The notes under the pieces are model-generated. The model was not told where the DNA came from and searched no databases. It saw only the letters and a program-made list of their open reading frames with translations. Below, piece by piece: positions 17,325-25,647 of a DNA stretch of 64,000 nucleotides. Location: the IMG/VR virus record IMGVR_UViG_3300005676_000020, positions 78,130 through 142,129 of that record. One strand, written 5' to 3'. Position numbers and translations under genes: made by a program. Origin of the DNA: a virus. Position 1 is the first letter of the stretch. The number at the start of each line of letters is the position of its first letter.

Positions 17325-17735
17325 TCAGTAGTGCCACTGCATACGGGTTACACTGTCCTTCAATGCAATCATTCTGTCAGCCATGGCAATAGCTTCTTCC
17401 GGCTTACCGGCCTTTTTTAGCAGCCGGTAAGCCAGCTTGCTATATATATATTGGTTGGCAAAACTGCTGTCTCTTTTAGAAAGTTCAATACTTTCCTTGA
17501 TATAGTTAAGTGCTTCATCAAACCGGTTTTCCTTTTCATAAAGGAGGGCAATTTCCTCATTTATGCTACTTCCGTTGGTGACCAGGTTTTGTGCCAGCAG
17601 AGTTTTTTTAACCGACAAGAGGAAAGCCACTTTCTGTTCCAACGTTTTATCGCCCCAATCCATTTTTAGAAAACTATGGAGCCAAATAAGGTACAAGATA
17701 ACCGGCTTATTGGCCTGAACAAATCGCAGATACTA
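17325..17735 (-). pseudogene. internal fragment of a Bacteroidota TPR-containing sensor kinase/regulator
   Basis: EEIALLYEKENRFDEALNYIKESIEL...GKPEEAIAMADRMIALKDSV; no native start, and it interrupts two phage genes. Confidence 0.6.
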
Positions 17736-17806
17736 ATTTCAAATAATCAATGTGGTGCTTTTGCAGGTATCTTCCTTCGTAGTTGTTTTCTCTGAGTTTC
17801 ATATTG

Positions 17807-18505
17807 CTATGCATTTATTGATAAATAACCTGTAGTTGATAATACTTTAAACTCTACCACCCATACCCATGGGTTAGCCTCCCAGCTTTCAAGGCCATGA
17901 ATAAGGTGCCACAATGTTTCAAACGAATGCACTGCATCGCTGGAATACATAGCTGGGTCATTCGGGCTATATAAGTCGCAATAAACTTTGTAATGTGTTG
18001 GCTTACTCCTCATGCGTTCCTCTGTCCATCTTTCTACACCTTCAGCCTTTGCATCTTCTTCGCTTATATCCTGCAGCCGTTCTGCCCGTACATTGGTTAC
18101 TTCAAGCCAGATGCGGGCCGCTGCCTTTGGCATGTGGATTGGAGGTACTTTACAGTTTCCGGATCTGTAACAATAATCGGGCGGGCTATCCCATGAAGAG
18201 TTGTCGGCTATGTATGTAACTCCGTTTTCAAAATCTTGATCCATTGTCTCCCTCACCCAAAGCAGATCACCGGGATCACCAAATGGACATTCTTTGGCAA
18301 TAGATTCTCCTTCATCTGTATCCCACTTATACGGCTTCCATGATTCTTTATAAATGATTTCCCAATTAAGTGGCGGATTTTTCATGTATGAAACTCCATT
18401 TTCGTCAGGTTGCGGCTTAATAACTCTCCTTGTCTGTGTCTTTCTCCCGGCAAGTATGGCCTGCACCATAGGAGTGCTGAATAGTATGGGTATTTGTTTT
18501 CTCAT
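17807..18505 (-). CDS. phage ASCH/PUA-like protein (PILFS..MV.AILAGRKTQTRR family)
   Basis: Conserved N-terminus, PPIHMPKAAARIWLEVT.VR.ERLQDISEEDAKAEG, W.ANPWVWVVEF. Confidence 0.8.
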   Translation of the reverse strand: MRKQIPILFSTPMVQAILAGRKTQTRRVIKPQPDENGVSYMKNPPLNWEIIYKESWKPYKWDTDEGESIAKECPFGDPGDLLWVRETMDQDFENGVTYIADNSSWDSPPDYCYRSGNCKVPPIHMPKAAARIWLEVTNVRAERLQDISEEDAKAEGVERWTEERMRSKPTHYKVYCDLYSPNDPAMYSSDAVHSFETLWHLIHGLESWEANPWVWVVEFKVLSTTGYLSINA

Positions 18506-18678
18506 TTACTTTTACGTTTTATAGCGGCATTGAGTAAGTCAATTACTGATTTTCTGTTTTGGCCGCATTGTTCATACATTATTTCCTGCTGCAGTTCCTT
18601 TACTGTCATTTTAGGCTCTGCCAGGCGCAGGTGAGCTTTTATATCATCAATGCTTCCTTTATTTACCAGTTTTGCCAT
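18502..18678 (-). CDS. hypothetical protein (58 aa)
   Basis: Hand translation MAKLVNKGSIDDIK...NRKSVIDLLNAAIKRKSK. Confidence 0.55.
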   Translation of the reverse strand: MAKLVNKGSIDDIKAHLRLAEPKMTVKELQQEIMYEQCGQNRKSVIDLLNAAIKRKSK

Positions 18679-18779
18679 GATTGCTTTTTTAAAAATTAGC
18701 CCCGGTTACCTGTTGTTTTTGAACCAAAACCAAAACCCATTTTTATTTGATTAATAATGCAGGGCCGGGGCTAAAGAGA

Positions 18780-19124
18780 TTATGAAATACAACACTTTTT
18801 AAACTTCTTTCCGCTGCCGCAGGGGCAAGGCTCATTTCTGCCTGGTTCTTTTTCTACTCGTATTGGATGTACAGGTCGATGGCCTTTTTTGAGTATATAT
18901 GCACATTCACTTCTCAGTTTTTCTATACGGCCATCCTGTATAGATTTCTCCAGGTTATCCAGGGTAGTGCTGGCAATATATTTTACGTTGCCATTTTTAT
19001 CATCAGCAATAATGGTTACTTCTTTTTTGCCTTTGTAGTTGCCATACCATTCTTTCAGGCTGGCAATATTGCTGAGCAGCTCTTGATTTGTAACTCCGAT
19101 TACTTTGATAGTTGGTGTTTGCAT
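18780..19124 (-). CDS. SEC-C motif protein
   Basis: [19 protein letters not shown]. Confidence 0.85.
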   Translation of the reverse strand: MQTPTIKVIGVTNQELLSNIASLKEWYGNYKGKKEVTIIADDKNGNVKYIASTTLDNLEKSIQDGRIEKLRSECAYILKKGHRPVHPIRVEKEPGRNEPCPCGSGKKFKKCCIS

Positions 19125-19301
19125 GTTTACCTGCTTTTATGTTTATTCGGCATTACCACCATGTCTCAGGTTCCGAAGTCATTTAAGGGGTATATCTAGC
19201 CCAGATGTACCACTGTATCCGGATACAATGGATAATCTATGAGCTACAGCTGCATCAGGAGTTGATTGACTGTGGCTTACACAGCTATCAATAAGGTCTG
19301 C

Positions 19302-19465
19302 CTATACGACTTAGGTGTGCTGTTACGCCAAAGTAGTACTATCTTCAGGTAGCATAGTACACGAGCTGCTGAAGTCAGCTTTTCCGGGTGTTTCCCTACG
19401 CCTAAGCGAAAAGGTTACACTCTTTAGATGATGGCTGCTTCCAAGCCTACATTCCGGTCATATAG
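19302..19465 (-). ncRNA. 23S rRNA H43/H44 (uL11-binding GTPase-associated centre) mimic with a structured insertion
   Basis: Minus strand ATGTAGGCTTGGAAGCAGCCATCATCTAAAGAGT...[~90 nt]...GCGTAACAGCACAC, enclosed by a 9-bp stem CTATATGAC/GTCGTATAG; lies in a gene-free interval. Confidence 0.8.
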
Positions 19466-19606
19466 AATAGCCATATAGATCGCGGAAAAATTTGTTTAAT
19501 CGGCAAATATTTATTGACTATCGATAAATCAGCTGTGTTGTACACATCAACTGAAATCCACACAACTGCAACAAAATCAACAAGTTATGCTGTTTATCCA
19601 GTCACA

Positions 19607-19882
19607 TTAGTTGTCTCCGTGCTGATTTCGTATATCTTTAGTCATGGCCTCAACCATAGCCTCTACTGTAAACTTGCCTATATAGTCCATAATAGGCTTT
19701 AATGCCTGCATTTTGTCCTTTTCCTCAGACTTAGCGGCTATAGTACAGGCTGCAGCAGCACCGCCCATGAATAAAGTCTTGGCACTCATATCGTTAGGGT
19801 CATGTCCAGTTCTATTGCACATGTCCTGCCATTTTTCTTCTATTGTCATAAGTCTCGTTTTTACTGTTGGGTTTATACACAA
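19607..19882 (-). CDS. hypothetical protein (paralog of 19963-20184)
   Basis: W.DMC..TG.DP...LFMGGA versus W.ELC..NN.DP...SFYLGA. Confidence 0.6.
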   Translation of the reverse strand: MCINPTVKTRLMTIEEKWQDMCNRTGHDPNDMSAKTLFMGGAAAACTIAAKSEEKDKMQALKPIMDYIGKFTVEAMVEAMTKDIRNQHGDN

Positions 19883-19962
19883 GTTATTAACATTTTACAT
19901 AAAGAGGCCCGAGTAGAAACCCAGGCCGTTTTTTGTCTGACTGTATCTATTATGAGAAATCG

Positions 19963-20184
19963 TTAATTGGCGACGAACTCTTCAAGCTCGTTCATCATCT
20001 CATCTACCGTCTGTTTAGCCTGTTCATGGGTCATGTCAGGCATTTGGTAGAAAAATATCTTGATTACCTGCACAGCTCCGAGGTAGAATGACGCTCGGCT
20101 GGCGGCTATTACAGGGTGTTTGCTGTCAGGGTCTTGGTTGTTTTCGTGGCAAAGCTCTTCCCATGCTTTTCGTATATGGTTCAT
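19963..20184 (-). CDS. hypothetical early protein
   Basis: ORF preceded by the conserved motif. Confidence 0.6.
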   Translation of the reverse strand: MNHIRKAWEELCHENNQDPDSKHPVIAASRASFYLGAVQVIKIFFYQMPDMTHEQAKQTVDEMMNELEEFVAN

Positions 20185-20255
20185 ACCAATAATTTGAGGA
20201 GTTAAGTCTGGATGTATGACGCAGTAGGCCGTAATGTCTTTGATAAGGACAGGCT

Positions 20256-20288
20256 AAAAGGATTGGGCAGGATTGCTCCCGCCCAATC
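20256..20288 (-). terminator. intrinsic terminator
   Basis: Minus strand GATTGGGCGGGAGCAATCCTGCCCAATC followed by CTTTT. Confidence 0.75.
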
Positions 20289-20296
20289 GGCTATTT

Positions 20297-20779
20297 CTAC
20301 GCACCGGCATTCTGCAACGGTGTTTCGGCCTTGGCCTCTGTAGTGGCTGGTTCTTCAGCCTCAACGGTGGCTGCCGGCACGGCAGTACCCTTGGTACCGT
20401 AGAACGCTGCAACGGCTGCGGCAGAGTTCTTCACGCCGAACTGTTCGGCAAGTTTCACCTTGTCGAAGAATTCACCTGCTGCCTCTACACCTGTGTCTAC
20501 AAGGTTGATGTAGAAGTTACCGGTGCCTTCACCTTCCGGTGTACGGCTTTCATTCAGGCGGATTGCCACGTTGCGTGCAACGCCCAGCTGTCCGATACGG
20601 TTACGTGAATACAGGATTTTTGTACCTTCTTCACGGCCGTCGTAGACGCCGCCAACCTGCTCCAGCAATTCAGCGACTGCTGGGTCTTCTGCGTTTACAA
20701 TTTGGAACGCGTAGCTGCCATTCTTGTTAGGCACGCTGCTCAAACGCTTGAGTTTGAGGTGTTTTACTTGTGTTTCCAT
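20297..20779 (-). CDS. hypothetical early protein with Ala/Glu-rich tail
   Basis: Has its own upstream motif and terminator. Confidence 0.7.
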   Translation of the reverse strand: METQVKHLKLKRLSSVPNKNGSYAFQIVNAEDPAVAELLEQVGGVYDGREEGTKILYSRNRIGQLGVARNVAIRLNESRTPEGEGTGNFYINLVDTGVEAAGEFFDKVKLAEQFGVKNSAAAVAAFYGTKGTAVPAATVEAEEPATTEAKAETPLQNAGA

Positions 20780-20887
20780 GTTTGTGTTTTTGGAGTTTTA
20801 ATTGTTATATAAAGCTAATGTGAAAACCCCGTTGTTGATAGGGACATATGGGCAAAACAGGCTTGTAAGTGCCTGTAATGCAAGTTG

Positions 20888-21151
20888 TTATGGGACAGCT
20901 ATTGGCTCTTTAATGGTTTTAACCCGGAATCCATATGCTGACTCCTCAATACAGTTGATTATATCACGAGAGCTAAAGTTACGATACCAGCCAAATGGCC
21001 TTTTTCCTGTGATAGGATTATGGTTCATAACAATGACTACGCAGTTTTCTCTCAATGTCTTATCCCTTCCAGCTGTTAATCTTGAAGGGAATTTAGTAAA
21101 TGGTGATGCTAATATCTCCAATACTCTTTCAGTAAATGTGGAATTTTTCAT
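20888..21151 (-). CDS. hypothetical early protein
   Basis: Start reassigned to MKNSTFTE (ATG 21151). Confidence 0.55.
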   Translation of the reverse strand: MKNSTFTERVLEILASPFTKFPSRLTAGRDKTLRENCVVIVMNHNPITGKRPFGWYRNFSSRDIINCIEESAYGFRVKTIKEPIAVP

Positions 21152-21299
21152 AACGATGAATGACAGGTTTAGGTTAAATAGCACACAAGGTTGTCAGTCT
21201 TGTGTGCTATGACAGTCAGTCGCTTGCCCTTACTGGAGCGCTTGGAGCTAAGACTGTCGAACTGAGTATGGAGTTGTTGATAGGGAAATACAGGTGATG

Positions 21300-21331
21300 T
21301 AAACATCCAGCCTACCGTAGTAGACTGGATG
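21300..21331 (-). terminator. intrinsic terminator-like hairpin
   Basis: Minus strand ACATCCAGTCTAC-TACG-GTAGGCTGGATGT then TT, downstream of 21340-21750. Confidence 0.65.
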
Positions 21332-21339
21332 TCAATGTC

Positions 21340-21750
21340 TTATGCGTCGGCTTTTACACCATGTTGTAGCCCTACAAGCGACAGCAGCCTGTCAAGTGAG
21401 CCTTCGAGCTCATTCTTACGCTGGTGGAACTCAACCCTCTCCCTTATATCGGCCAACAGGTCAAGGAAATGGTGCACTGACATGAGAGATGACCGCCCAT
21501 TAATAATGGTTTCATTGAGCTGTTCGATGTGGCAGTCTACGATGACCGTATTGTCTCTGGCGTCTTTTATGACAACCCAGTTACGATTAGGGTCTACCAT
21601 AACACCAACCTCAATGTTGTAGTTGTCGTCCTTGCCACGCCGGCCATTTACATACCGTGTGAACTTGTCCATTTGACGGGTTTTCGACCATGGTGTGAAC
21701 ATCAAGGCTACTAACCATAGTAACCTCAACTTAAGCATGAATGTTTTCAT
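21340..21750 (-). CDS. hypothetical early protein
   Basis: First gene of the left arm. Confidence 0.6.
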   Translation of the reverse strand: MKTFMLKLRLLWLVALMFTPWSKTRQMDKFTRYVNGRRGKDDNYNIEVGVMVDPNRNWVVIKDARDNTVIVDCHIEQLNETIINGRSSLMSVHHFLDLLADIRERVEFHQRKNELEGSLDRLLSLVGLQHGVKADA

Positions 21751-21842
21751 GTTGCATTTGGTTTAGATATGAAACAATATATTGTCGAAATTATTTGACC
21801 TGTTATTGATAAGGACATACAACTGAAATCAACCTCTAGCAA

Positions 21843-21905
21843 AGAGGGGGTACCCCGCTTGGTAAGATTAATGGGGGGTTGTTGGATGGGGGACCCACCT
21901 CCTCG
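21843..21905. other. G-run-rich strand-switch locus (candidate packaging/terminus site)
   Basis: GGGGGTACCCC, GGGGGG and GGGGGACCC between the divergent gene arms. Confidence 0.4.
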
Positions 21906-21983
21906 CAATATACGGGTAAGATTTTCAGTAGGGCATATATACCGTCCGGAACCCCTAATATTCTGGCCGGACGGACACTTTTA

Positions 21984-22015
21984 TTTGGTTCTTTGATCTC
22001 CGGTTCTTACCTTTA
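21984..22015 (+). promoter_or_regulatory. Bacteroidota-type promoter
   Basis: TTTG-N20-TACCTTTA just before ATG 22020. Confidence 0.6.
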
Positions 22016-22019
22016 CATT

Positions 22020-22253
22020 ATGAAGTCATATACTCAGCTCCTGGAGCAAATACGTCAGTTATTCCCTTATGCGACGGATGTTCGTATTGAGGTTGACACT
22101 ACTACGGCCGACATGGACAATCTGCCGCTGGACACTGGTACTAGTTTTGTCAAGGTAACCACCCCAGTTCAGGATAAGGTTACTATAACCACCCCTTATG
22201 GGTCTATAAACATCAGGAACAATGGACGCAGCGCAATATTTCATAGCATTTGA
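22020..22253 (+). CDS. hypothetical protein
   Basis: Start reassigned to MKSYTQLL. Confidence 0.55.
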   Translation: MKSYTQLLEQIRQLFPYATDVRIEVDTTTADMDNLPLDTGTSFVKVTTPVQDKVTITTPYGSINIRNNGRSAIFHSI

Positions 22254-22327
22254 CGACCTTAGCCCTGGGCTGGAGGTCCTGATCTGGATGTTTGCCGTCT
22301 TGGCGACCATCACAATAATCTTTTTAT

Positions 22328-22780
22328 ATGTATACTACAAAGCAAGAAAATGACTATTTTGTGCCGGCCCTAGAAGATATCCGGGTAGGCTATGAGTGTG
22401 AAATGACCTTACCGACAAAAGATTGGTGGACTCATGATACTTGGACAAAGTGTGTCCTGGAAGATAAAGCTTGTATATGGAATTCGGAAATATCTGAATT
22501 AGATGGGGCAATAGATAAAATACCCCTTAACCAGATACGAGTCCCTTATCTAACTAAGGAACAAATAGAGAAAGAAGATTGGACTGTAGAAACTGACGAG
22601 GGTAACGGTGTCATAGATTTCAAAAAAGACCAGTATAAATACTTGTCGTGGAACTATGTTTTGAAAACTATTGAAATAAATAACGGAGTTACCACCACTA
22701 GGTTTGGTAATCACCTCTTTAGAGGGGAGTGTAAAGATATAAACACATTTAGATACATATGCAAACTACTACGACTATAA
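22328..22780 (+). CDS. hypothetical phage protein
   Basis: P.LEDIRVGYECE...IRVPYLTKEQIEKE...FRGECKDIN.F family pattern. Confidence 0.65.
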   Translation: MYTTKQENDYFVPALEDIRVGYECEMTLPTKDWWTHDTWTKCVLEDKACIWNSEISELDGAIDKIPLNQIRVPYLTKEQIEKEDWTVETDEGNGVIDFKKDQYKYLSWNYVLKTIEINNGVTTTRFGNHLFRGECKDINTFRYICKLLRL

Positions 22781-22971
22781 TCTGCCCAAAGACCTGTAAA
22801 CCATGCCAGGAAAGTGGTTGTACAGGAAATAACTGCAGGCTGGAAAAACCTTCATTTCCTAACTATGGTTGGATTTGTCCGATATGCGGGAGAGGACTGT
22901 CTCCTTATGCGACATCCTGTGGCTGTAAAGACCCGCAGTGGACGGTAACCTGCACCAACAAAATAACATGA
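22759..22971 (+). CDS. small Cys-rich zinc-finger-like protein
   Basis: GWICPICGRGLSPY..SC.C. Confidence 0.55.
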   Translation: MQTTTTIICPKTCKPCQESGCTGNNCRLEKPSFPNYGWICPICGRGLSPYATSCGCKDPQWTVTCTNKIT

Positions 22972-23420
22972 TGAACACTGACCTGATGTTTAGCAGCAAA
23001 ACTGAGATGTGGGCTACACCTCAGCGGTTTTTCGACGAACTACAGTTAAAGTATAACTTCTCCCTAGACGTATGCGCCGTAGCAGAAAATGCAAAGTGCA
23101 AAAAGTTTTTTACCCCGGAACAGGACGGACTTAAACAAACCTGGGAAGGTAGCTGTTGGATGAACCCTCCTTATGGAAGGGAAATCGGCCGCTGGGTAAA
23201 AAAGGCATATCAACAGGCAGTAGAAGAAGGTAATTGCACCGTAGTGGCATTGTTGCCGGCCAGGACCGATACCCGGTGGTTTCATGACTACATCTACAAT
23301 AAAGAACATGTTGAAATACAGTTTATTAAAGGTCGCTTAAAATTTGGAGACGGACTCAACTCGGCGCCGTTCCCGTCAATGCTCGTCCTGTTTAAAATAA
23401 ATTTGGAAACGCTGGCGTAA
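22968..23420 (+). CDS. phage DNA N6-adenine methyltransferase (Dam-like)
   Basis: W.TPQ.FF, LDVCA, WMNPPYG, LLPARTDTRWFH, FIKGRLKF, APFPS. Confidence 0.9.
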   Translation: MMNTDLMFSSKTEMWATPQRFFDELQLKYNFSLDVCAVAENAKCKKFFTPEQDGLKQTWEGSCWMNPPYGREIGRWVKKAYQQAVEEGNCTVVALLPARTDTRWFHDYIYNKEHVEIQFIKGRLKFGDGLNSAPFPSMLVLFKINLETLA

Positions 23421-23433
23421 GGTCGTATCTTCG
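23402..23433 (+). promoter_or_regulatory. Bacteroidota-type promoter
   Basis: TTTG-N20-TATCTTCG before ATG 23439. Confidence 0.6.
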
Positions 23434-23438
23434 CCTCG

Positions 23439-24170
23439 ATGAAAAAGTACATAACCATTGAAAGGGTCTTGCTGCTGTTGCTGCTGGGCCTTTTTATATT
23501 CAGAGAAGTCAAACATGACAAACAGTACAAAGAGCTGTCGCTAAGAAATGCACAGCTTGACACACTGACCAATAAGCTAGGTCAGCAGGTGATCGTGTCA
23601 CAGACAGAACTGACACAGTCTCAAGAGGCTTTGAGAGCCGCTACAGACTCTTTCTTTAACCTGCGCCGGCAGGATGAGAAGAGGATAAAAGATATTATAG
23701 CCTTCTACAAAGGCACTACTAACACGGTAATACGTGAAGTACTGGTGCCGTACGTGGACAAAGAACAGATGAAAGAATGGGAGGATTCTGTCCGCCAGAA
23801 CTGCTCAAAGGTCATCGACTACTATGAGGCTAATACGGTTACCGTCCCCCGTTCTGCCAAAGACAGTTCCGAACATTACGATGCTTCATTCACAGTAACC
23901 ATGAACGGAGTAAAGATAGACTCACTATCAGTTCCGGACTCTCAGTACCTTAGGTTCGTTACCCTAAAAGGAGGGTTCCTGAAAAAAGATCAACAAGGTA
24001 AAAGACGGCTCTTCCTTAAAAAGAGCCTACAGGTACAGGTTATACATACCAATCCGCTGGTCCAGGTCACAGGTCAGACATCAGCGGTCTATGAACCACC
24101 TAAAAAGGGAAACTTCCTGTTCAAGGCCGGTCTGATCGCGCTCGGGATGTTTCTGGGAACAAAGCTATGA
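23439..24170 (+). CDS. membrane-anchored coiled-coil protein, candidate spanin
   Basis: N-terminal TM, helical periplasmic region, C-terminal hydrophobic helix. Confidence 0.5.
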   Translation: MKKYITIERVLLLLLLGLFIFREVKHDKQYKELSLRNAQLDTLTNKLGQQVIVSQTELTQSQEALRAATDSFFNLRRQDEKRIKDIIAFYKGTTNTVIREVLVPYVDKEQMKEWEDSVRQNCSKVIDYYEANTVTVPRSAKDSSEHYDASFTVTMNGVKIDSLSVPDSQYLRFVTLKGGFLKKDQQGKRRLFLKKSLQVQVIHTNPLVQVTGQTSAVYEPPKKGNFLFKAGLIALGMFLGTKL

Positions 24171-24346
24171 CAGCCATACCCGGTGATATTGTCGTAGACA
24201 ATGGCATCCATTTTTTCGTATATTTCGAAGAAAATGATACCTTATATTGTAAGCCGATGTCAAATCATGACCTTTTCGGCTACTTTGACGGAGAATATTT
24301 TTTGATAACCCATAAAAACTATAGCATTGTCACCCCAGTCTTTTGA
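24167..24346 (+). CDS. hypothetical protein (59 aa)
   Basis: Hand translation MTAIPGDIVVDNG...YSIVTPVF; ATGA overlap. Confidence 0.5.
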   Translation: MTAIPGDIVVDNGIHFFVYFEENDTLYCKPMSNHDLFGYFDGEYFLITHKNYSIVTPVF

Positions 24347-24441
24347 TGAAACCCAGGACCATCTTATCTTTCCCGATAAATGGTATTATATTAACGGCAG
24401 TTTTATGCCAGGAACCGAATACATTAACTTATTAAAACTCA

Positions 24442-24654
24442 ATGAACTATACACTGAAAGGGCACAAGTCATCCTTTGGGGACGAACAGGACGCCCTGAT
24501 ATACCCGGACAGGGAATACGTGACCGATTTATTGATAAACAATAAATTTATGGTGATGACCGGTGAAGAAGTACTCAACCACCGGTACCCTATAGAATCA
24601 TATTCATTTTTAATCGTAAATTTAGCAGAAGATGAAAACAGAAGACTTACTTAA
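24442..24654 (+). CDS. hypothetical protein
   Basis: ORF track. Confidence 0.5.
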   Translation: MNYTLKGHKSSFGDEQDALIYPDREYVTDLLINNKFMVMTGEEVLNHRYPIESYSFLIVNLAEDENRRLT

Positions 24655-24937
24655 ATTTTCAGAACCGGTTGACTACACAGAACCGAAGAAGGGACTTTGG
24701 CAAACCCTTAACGAACCTAACAGGGTCATGTATACTATTGGCTCATTTAACCTAAAAATGTTTGAAGATGCTGTCTCTGAGCTCTATTTTGGAAAAACTA
24801 CAAGCTGGACGTGTGTATCATATCCGGATGGCGGACCAGTCGATGAGTCTGAGCAAAGCTCACCTGGTCAAGGAGATACACAGGTTATCGGAAACGATGA
24901 GCCCCGACCAGATACTGAGGATGATCGTGTACTATGA
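24632..24937 (+). CDS. hypothetical protein
   Basis: ORF track. Confidence 0.45.
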   Translation: MKTEDLLKFSEPVDYTEPKKGLWQTLNEPNRVMYTIGSFNLKMFEDAVSELYFGKTTSWTCVSYPDGGPVDESEQSSPGQGDTQVIGNDEPRPDTEDDRVL

Positions 24938-25032
24938 CGACGACCTCAACTTAATAAATTTGGCCGATTCATGAAAATTGGCTAAATTCTGTTATAAAAC
25001 TTAGCAGGTTGTAAGTAATCTGCACAAATACT

Positions 25033-25647
25033 ATGGCAACAAAATTCTATGCCCGGGAAGGTGTCGTTTTCAAAGGTAAAAGCGACAATCCCCCAAAAAG
25101 CGGCTTCGACCTCGAAAGACTGCTTAAGTTCCAACTCTCCGTTCTTAACGTTCCTTTTAACGACGACTGCTGCACAGATTCTACACATCTGCCGTTAGCC
25201 TTCAATTCTGAAACTAGTGAACTGGTATCTTACGATCCTGCTACAGACACATGGGTTATCGCCGATATAATAGATTCTATCAGAACGATCGTCAAAGACC
25301 AGATTGAAGAGGATGGACTTCAAGGTAACGGCAATATGATCGCTACCTTTATTCCGCCAGCTGAGCAGGATGACATAGCAGCTGGTGTCGGTGGAGCAAT
25401 CTCCGTGGCAAACTACCTCACCACTATCAACACTGATGCTGGTGGAGATGCGTTTACTCTGGCCGATGGCGATCAAATCGGACAGCTTAAAAAAATCCTG
25501 TTAGTGGTTGACGGTGGCGGAAACGCGGTAATTACCGTAGATAACGGACCGACAATCACCATGGGCGATGCCGGTGACTATGTAGTCCTCATATGGGATG
25601 GCGTCGACTGGATTGTAATCGAAAATTCAGGTTGTAGCTTATCGTAA
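25033..25647 (+). CDS. putative virion/structural beta-rich protein
   Basis: C-terminal FTLADGDQIGQLKKI...GDYVVLIWDGVDW domain typical of phage structural proteins. Confidence 0.55.
   Translation: MATKFYAREGVVFKGKSDNPPKSGFDLERLLKFQLSVLNVPFNDDCCTDSTHLPLAFNSETSELVSYDPATDTWVIADIIDSIRTIVKDQIEEDGLQGNGNMIATFIPPAEQDDIAAGVGGAISVANYLTTINTDAGGDAFTLADGDQIGQLKKILLVVDGGGNAVITVDNGPTITMGDAGDYVVLIWDGVDWIVIENSGCSLS

Larger units (their letters stand above)
20240..21817 (-). promoter_or_regulatory. four copies of a putative phage early promoter T(G/T)TCC(T/C)TATCAA
   Basis: Plus-strand TTGATA(A/G)GGA(C/A)A at 20240, 20835, 21277 and 21806; three copies begin exactly 56 nt from a minus-strand ATG. Confidence 0.7.

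Noticed and set aside
16040-19190. Intact transposable prophage or IS element
   Set aside because: No transposase, terminal inverted repeats or target-site duplication could be identified.
19235-19262. Hammerhead ribozyme core near CTGATG
   Set aside because: Lacks CTGANGA and a properly placed GAAA with supporting stems.
19302-19465. A real 23S rRNA gene or host rRNA contamination
   Set aside because: Similarity is limited to H43/H44, is interrupted by a non-rRNA structured insert and is flanked by phage sequence.
21879-22019. N-terminal extension of the first plus-strand ORF
   Set aside because: It overlaps the G-run locus and a clear promoter; ATG 22020 is the better start.
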